DNA of 64,000 bases from positions 20,339,224 to 20,403,223 of the forward strand of contig OZ316897.1 in NCBI GenBank assembly GCA_973895155.1, in the 5' to 3' direction. A program made the position numbers and the translations under genes. The notes under the pieces are model-generated. The model made no database searches. It saw nothing but the letters and a program-made list of their open reading frames with translations, and was not told where the DNA came from. This document shows, one piece after another, positions 60,418 to 64,000 of this stretch (positions are counted from its first letter, which is position 1; each line of letters opens with the position of its first letter). This stretch comes from Marsupella aquatica. Taxonomy: Eukaryota > Plantae > Marchantiophyta.

Positions 60418-63400
60418 AGGACTTCATCCAATTCAGGAGTTCAGACAGGAGTTCAGACAATCTGAAGAGGACTTTGGACTTCAATGAGGGACAGCCTGGC
60501 CAAATAGTTATCCTTGTGGCCTTCAGCTGCGTGTCTCAGGCTGAATTTCACTTTCCAGATTCGAGAGAGGCCTAGTTTTAGTAACTTTTGTCTGACTCAA
60601 CTAATTGGGAGCATTCGACCTATTTGCTAGCTTGTAGTTAGCTTTGACTCTCTGACTGTCAGCTTCATTGACGACCCTCTTGAGATATAAACAATTAGAA
60701 CAAACACAAGTTGTCAAGACATATTCCATCGGAGCCATTATTACCTATTATGTCTGAAAGGCAATGGCTTCTTCTATTCCTTGTTGTAGCCAATTCAAAT
60801 GTGTCATTCATTAGCAGACCTCTTTGGGAACCATAATAGTATGCAAAAAAAAAGTTAGCAACATTGTTGGCCTATCTTCACTCAGGATTCCAGGTTCAGG
60901 ATACTCACTCAGTTGAGCGCAGCTGGACAGAAGTCACCTACCTCCACAAAACCTTGTCTCTCAACCTCCAAGCAGGAGCTCACTTCAATACATGAGCTGA
61001 GCTAGATGTAAATTGCTCAGCTTCACGTTGCACCTCAGAGCAGGAGCTCGCTTCAGTACAACAAGTCCTAGACGGAACCTCTTGTATCGGCCCCACAACA
61101 ACAATGTTAATAAGGCTCCAAGTTGGACCTCACTTGGGCTAGCTCATGCGGACATCACAGCTAGAAGCCAGGAATTACTCAGACACTGAATACTTCAGAA
61201 TGGCCCATGGTGGTTGTCATACAATGCAACATTGAAAGTTAGAGGAAATATCCCATTCCGTATATTCAATTCACATTGGTTAGGGATCATACTGACCTCT
61301 TCTGGATGTATCAAACCTTTAGCATACCGAGTCAGCTCAGCGCAGCTGGACAAAAGTCACTCAGCCCCTTGTCCATAGCACGTTCTGAACCTCCCGCCTC
61401 ACCAAATCCAGCAAAGAGCAGTCGTCGTTGATGGCACAACACCTGTTCTCAGAAGGTCGCAACGACCGCAGCTGTCAGCAAGTTTCAGCTCTCAGTGACC
61501 GCAGATCAAACTCTACATTGTGGCTACGTGGAATTGGCAATGCAGACTAACCTCCAGTTGTAATGAAAGAACTCCCAATTCACAGTGAATCCTCACTGTG
61601 TAGTGCCAAGTTGCAACATGCCAAGCTTGTAGCGCAGACGTATTCAGTCGTAGACATATTTTTGAGTTTAGTTCAGCTTAGCAGGGCCTGGACTCACTCA
61701 ACTTGGATTGTCTTGCCTCTAGTACTCCTGCCAGCTCCACCTTGAAAACTCCAAGTCAAACTTGCCTTCACTCGATCAAAGGAAAAAAGGTGGCAATTTG
61801 CTGCAAACACAAGTCCGCATTATCACTCCCAGGTCTAGTGGACAATCAAAGATTACAGTCACAATGTTGAGTTACAAAGACAAATACATATACAACCTAT
61901 CGATGCACAGCTAGATAGCCAAAGAATTACATATACAACCTATGGATGCATAGCCTAGATAGCCAAACGAATTATTGATCCAATCCTAACACAGTTAGGG
62001 TCTATGCGGATGCAACTGTAGCATGGACAAAGGGTCTCTTCCTTCCACTTAATATAGTCAATTCTTGCAAATTTTGTGAAAGCCCACTTCTGCCGTGACA
62101 TGTTGTGAGAGTGAGAGAGGGGTTACGCTACAATCATATGTGGCACTAGTATAAGCCCCGACTTTATTCTGAAGACTTTAGTGAATAGACACATGATTGG
62201 AGCAAGAATGTGGGCGCAACACGTGATTACCTCATGCATGCATTGACTCAGCTTCGCATGATCGTAGCTCCCTCCTAGGTTGCAGGACCAGCTCTCGGTC
62301 CAGTTGTAAAGCAATAGCTTGTCTTGGCTCCTGGTTGCAAGTCGCAACCCAAGCTCTTGCTAGCAGCGCCCTGTCGCTGTTCAACGACAGTTCAGCTCAA
62401 GTAAGCACGCTTGATCTCTATCATTGAGATCAGTTCAGCTTAAATAACTTGCAGGAGTCAATAAGCAGGAGTCAGGGCCACTATCATTTTTAGACATCGC
62501 AACTCAAACAGCTCATCAGTGACCGCAACTCAAAGGCCGATGCCTCAGTGACTTTTGTAATTCATAAAAGCTTCTCTTCAATGACCACTTCTACGACGGG
62601 AGATATGAACACCGAAAACCCAGCTGAAATGGAAAAAAGGGGGGAACGGCACCAGATAGTCCTCGACCTCTTTGAGAGCGCTCGTGATGGCCACTCCCTA
62701 GGTGGAATCTGTCTGCTTTGATGTGAGAGCAGCACCGCAAATCGTAGCTGAAACCGCGGCCATCTTCAACAACAACAAATAGCGGCTGCAACGAAATGAG
62801 AACTCAGCAAATGTCGCAAATGTTGCCCTGCTCTGCTCTGCTCCGAATGTTGTTCTTGGTGACACACCAAAGCCTCGTCGCTTTGCTGATTCTCTTGCCT
62901 AAACCTCAGCCCAAGCAAGCACATTCGGTGGGCAATTTCTGTTGGAATGAGTGCCTCCCGCAGTGCAAACTCTTCACAGTGCCTTCCGTAGTGCCTATCG
63001 TCAATGCGACATAGAATTGCTCTTGTCCCCTTCCAATACATTATGTTTCGTCGATGCAGCACCCTAAACTCGCTCTTCTCGCGTCCTACTACTCACTTTG
63101 CAGTCGGGATTGCAATTTGTTGATGCAGCTTTTGCCTTAGTGACAAAGTGCCCCCTCTTTTCCCTTGCAAAGAATGCAGCATCGGCTCCTCGTCCGCGAA
63201 ACCAAAGGAATCCAAGGCAGAATGGCAATGCCGTGAAGGAACACATTAAACCCTAAAGCTGCTTTAATGTGCGCATATTTGTTTTCAACCGTCAGATCAT
63301 CCTTTCATTAAGTTTACAACCGTCAGATCCTTGCTTGATTAAGGTAAGCACTGTCACACGAGCTGTCACAAGTTCTTATGCTCATTCCATCAGCATAGTG

Positions 63401-64000
63401 TGTGGGGTGCCGTTATTGGGTATGTAACATGCATGGAGGGGAGTATATGAAGGTAAATTGTGACTATTCCCGGTTCATGGAACGATGTGTGGAGGGGGGT
63501 ACATGTTGGTTAATTTGTAGGGCATGGAAATAAGTAAAAATAACCTGCCCTTGCATATGTAACCACGGTAATACACATTAACGTCCCTTGCATATGTAAC
63601 CACGGCCAATAGTGAAGCCTTTTTGCGGTTGAATGGGGGCATGATGGCATGGTGTCTAAATTAATGGGTGCTTATGAGCAATTTTCTTGGCCTGGAATAA
63701 TCATGGAAAACTCACTAATGGTTAAAATGCATGACTTAACCATGTTTAAATAGAGTAATCTAATTATATAGGTATATCTACACTAACAATGTATTGGGTC
63801 GGATCCCATAGCTCAGGGTTTAGGTTGGTAGGTTCAAATATTGTGCTGTAAACCATAATGCTGTATTGTAGAGTCACTTGTTGAACTTCAACATAATTGC
63901 CTCAATTGAGTTGTACTTGCAACTTTCCAAATAGTTGAAAACATGACTCCCCTAAACTTCACCAAAAATCAGTCAACAAGGTGTGTGTAATTAGGTGATT

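Larger units (their letters stand above)
44786..64000 (-). mobile_element. CACTA (En/Spm) DNA transposon. Left terminus at 44786; the other end is not in the window; contains nested insertions.
   Basis: CACTAGAAGAAA terminus exactly where the Copia A frame stops (candidate 3-bp TSD CTT). Dense subterminal (T)GTGACTA-like repeats in both orientations at 44820-45340. Tnp2 transposase remnant at 56-57.5 kb. The extent to 64000 is inferred because Copia A never resumes. Confidence 0.75.

Noticed and set aside
60400-64000. Short ORFs and a possible right CACTA terminus
   Set aside because: No recognisable domains, and no TTCTTCTAGTG terminus or resumption of Copia A inside the window.

Overview
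Eukaryotic, intron-containing plant genomic DNA. The hydrolase-NLRs and the RI-type LRR gene suggest a bryophyte, probably a liverwort (inference). Left part (1-38 kb): an RI-like LRR ORF followed by a decayed P-loop (probable TORNADO1/Roco-like pseudogene), an unknown spliced gene, a 3-exon DUF2306-like membrane protein gene, a Copia solo LTR, and a tandem pair of alpha/beta-hydrolase-NB-ARC-LRR (HNL) immune receptor genes. HNL copy 1 is intact (about 1417 aa) with a recent 72-bp LRR expansion; copy 2 has a 1-bp frameshift just before its LRRs. Right part (39-64 kb): a four-level transposon nest. A decayed Copia is interrupted by a CACTA element, which holds a Gypsy remnant, whose apparent ~3.9-kb ORF-containing LTR holds a very young intact Copia with identical LTRs and a GCATC TSD. 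Most notable: (1) EDM2-like triple-PHD and Pol-lambda-like tandem-BRCT ORFs lie co-oriented directly upstream of the CACTA transposase; (2) both Copia copies keep one in-frame TGA between gag and pol; (3) the Gypsy LTR appears to encode a long ORF. All homology calls come from recognising motifs by eye; no searches were run.
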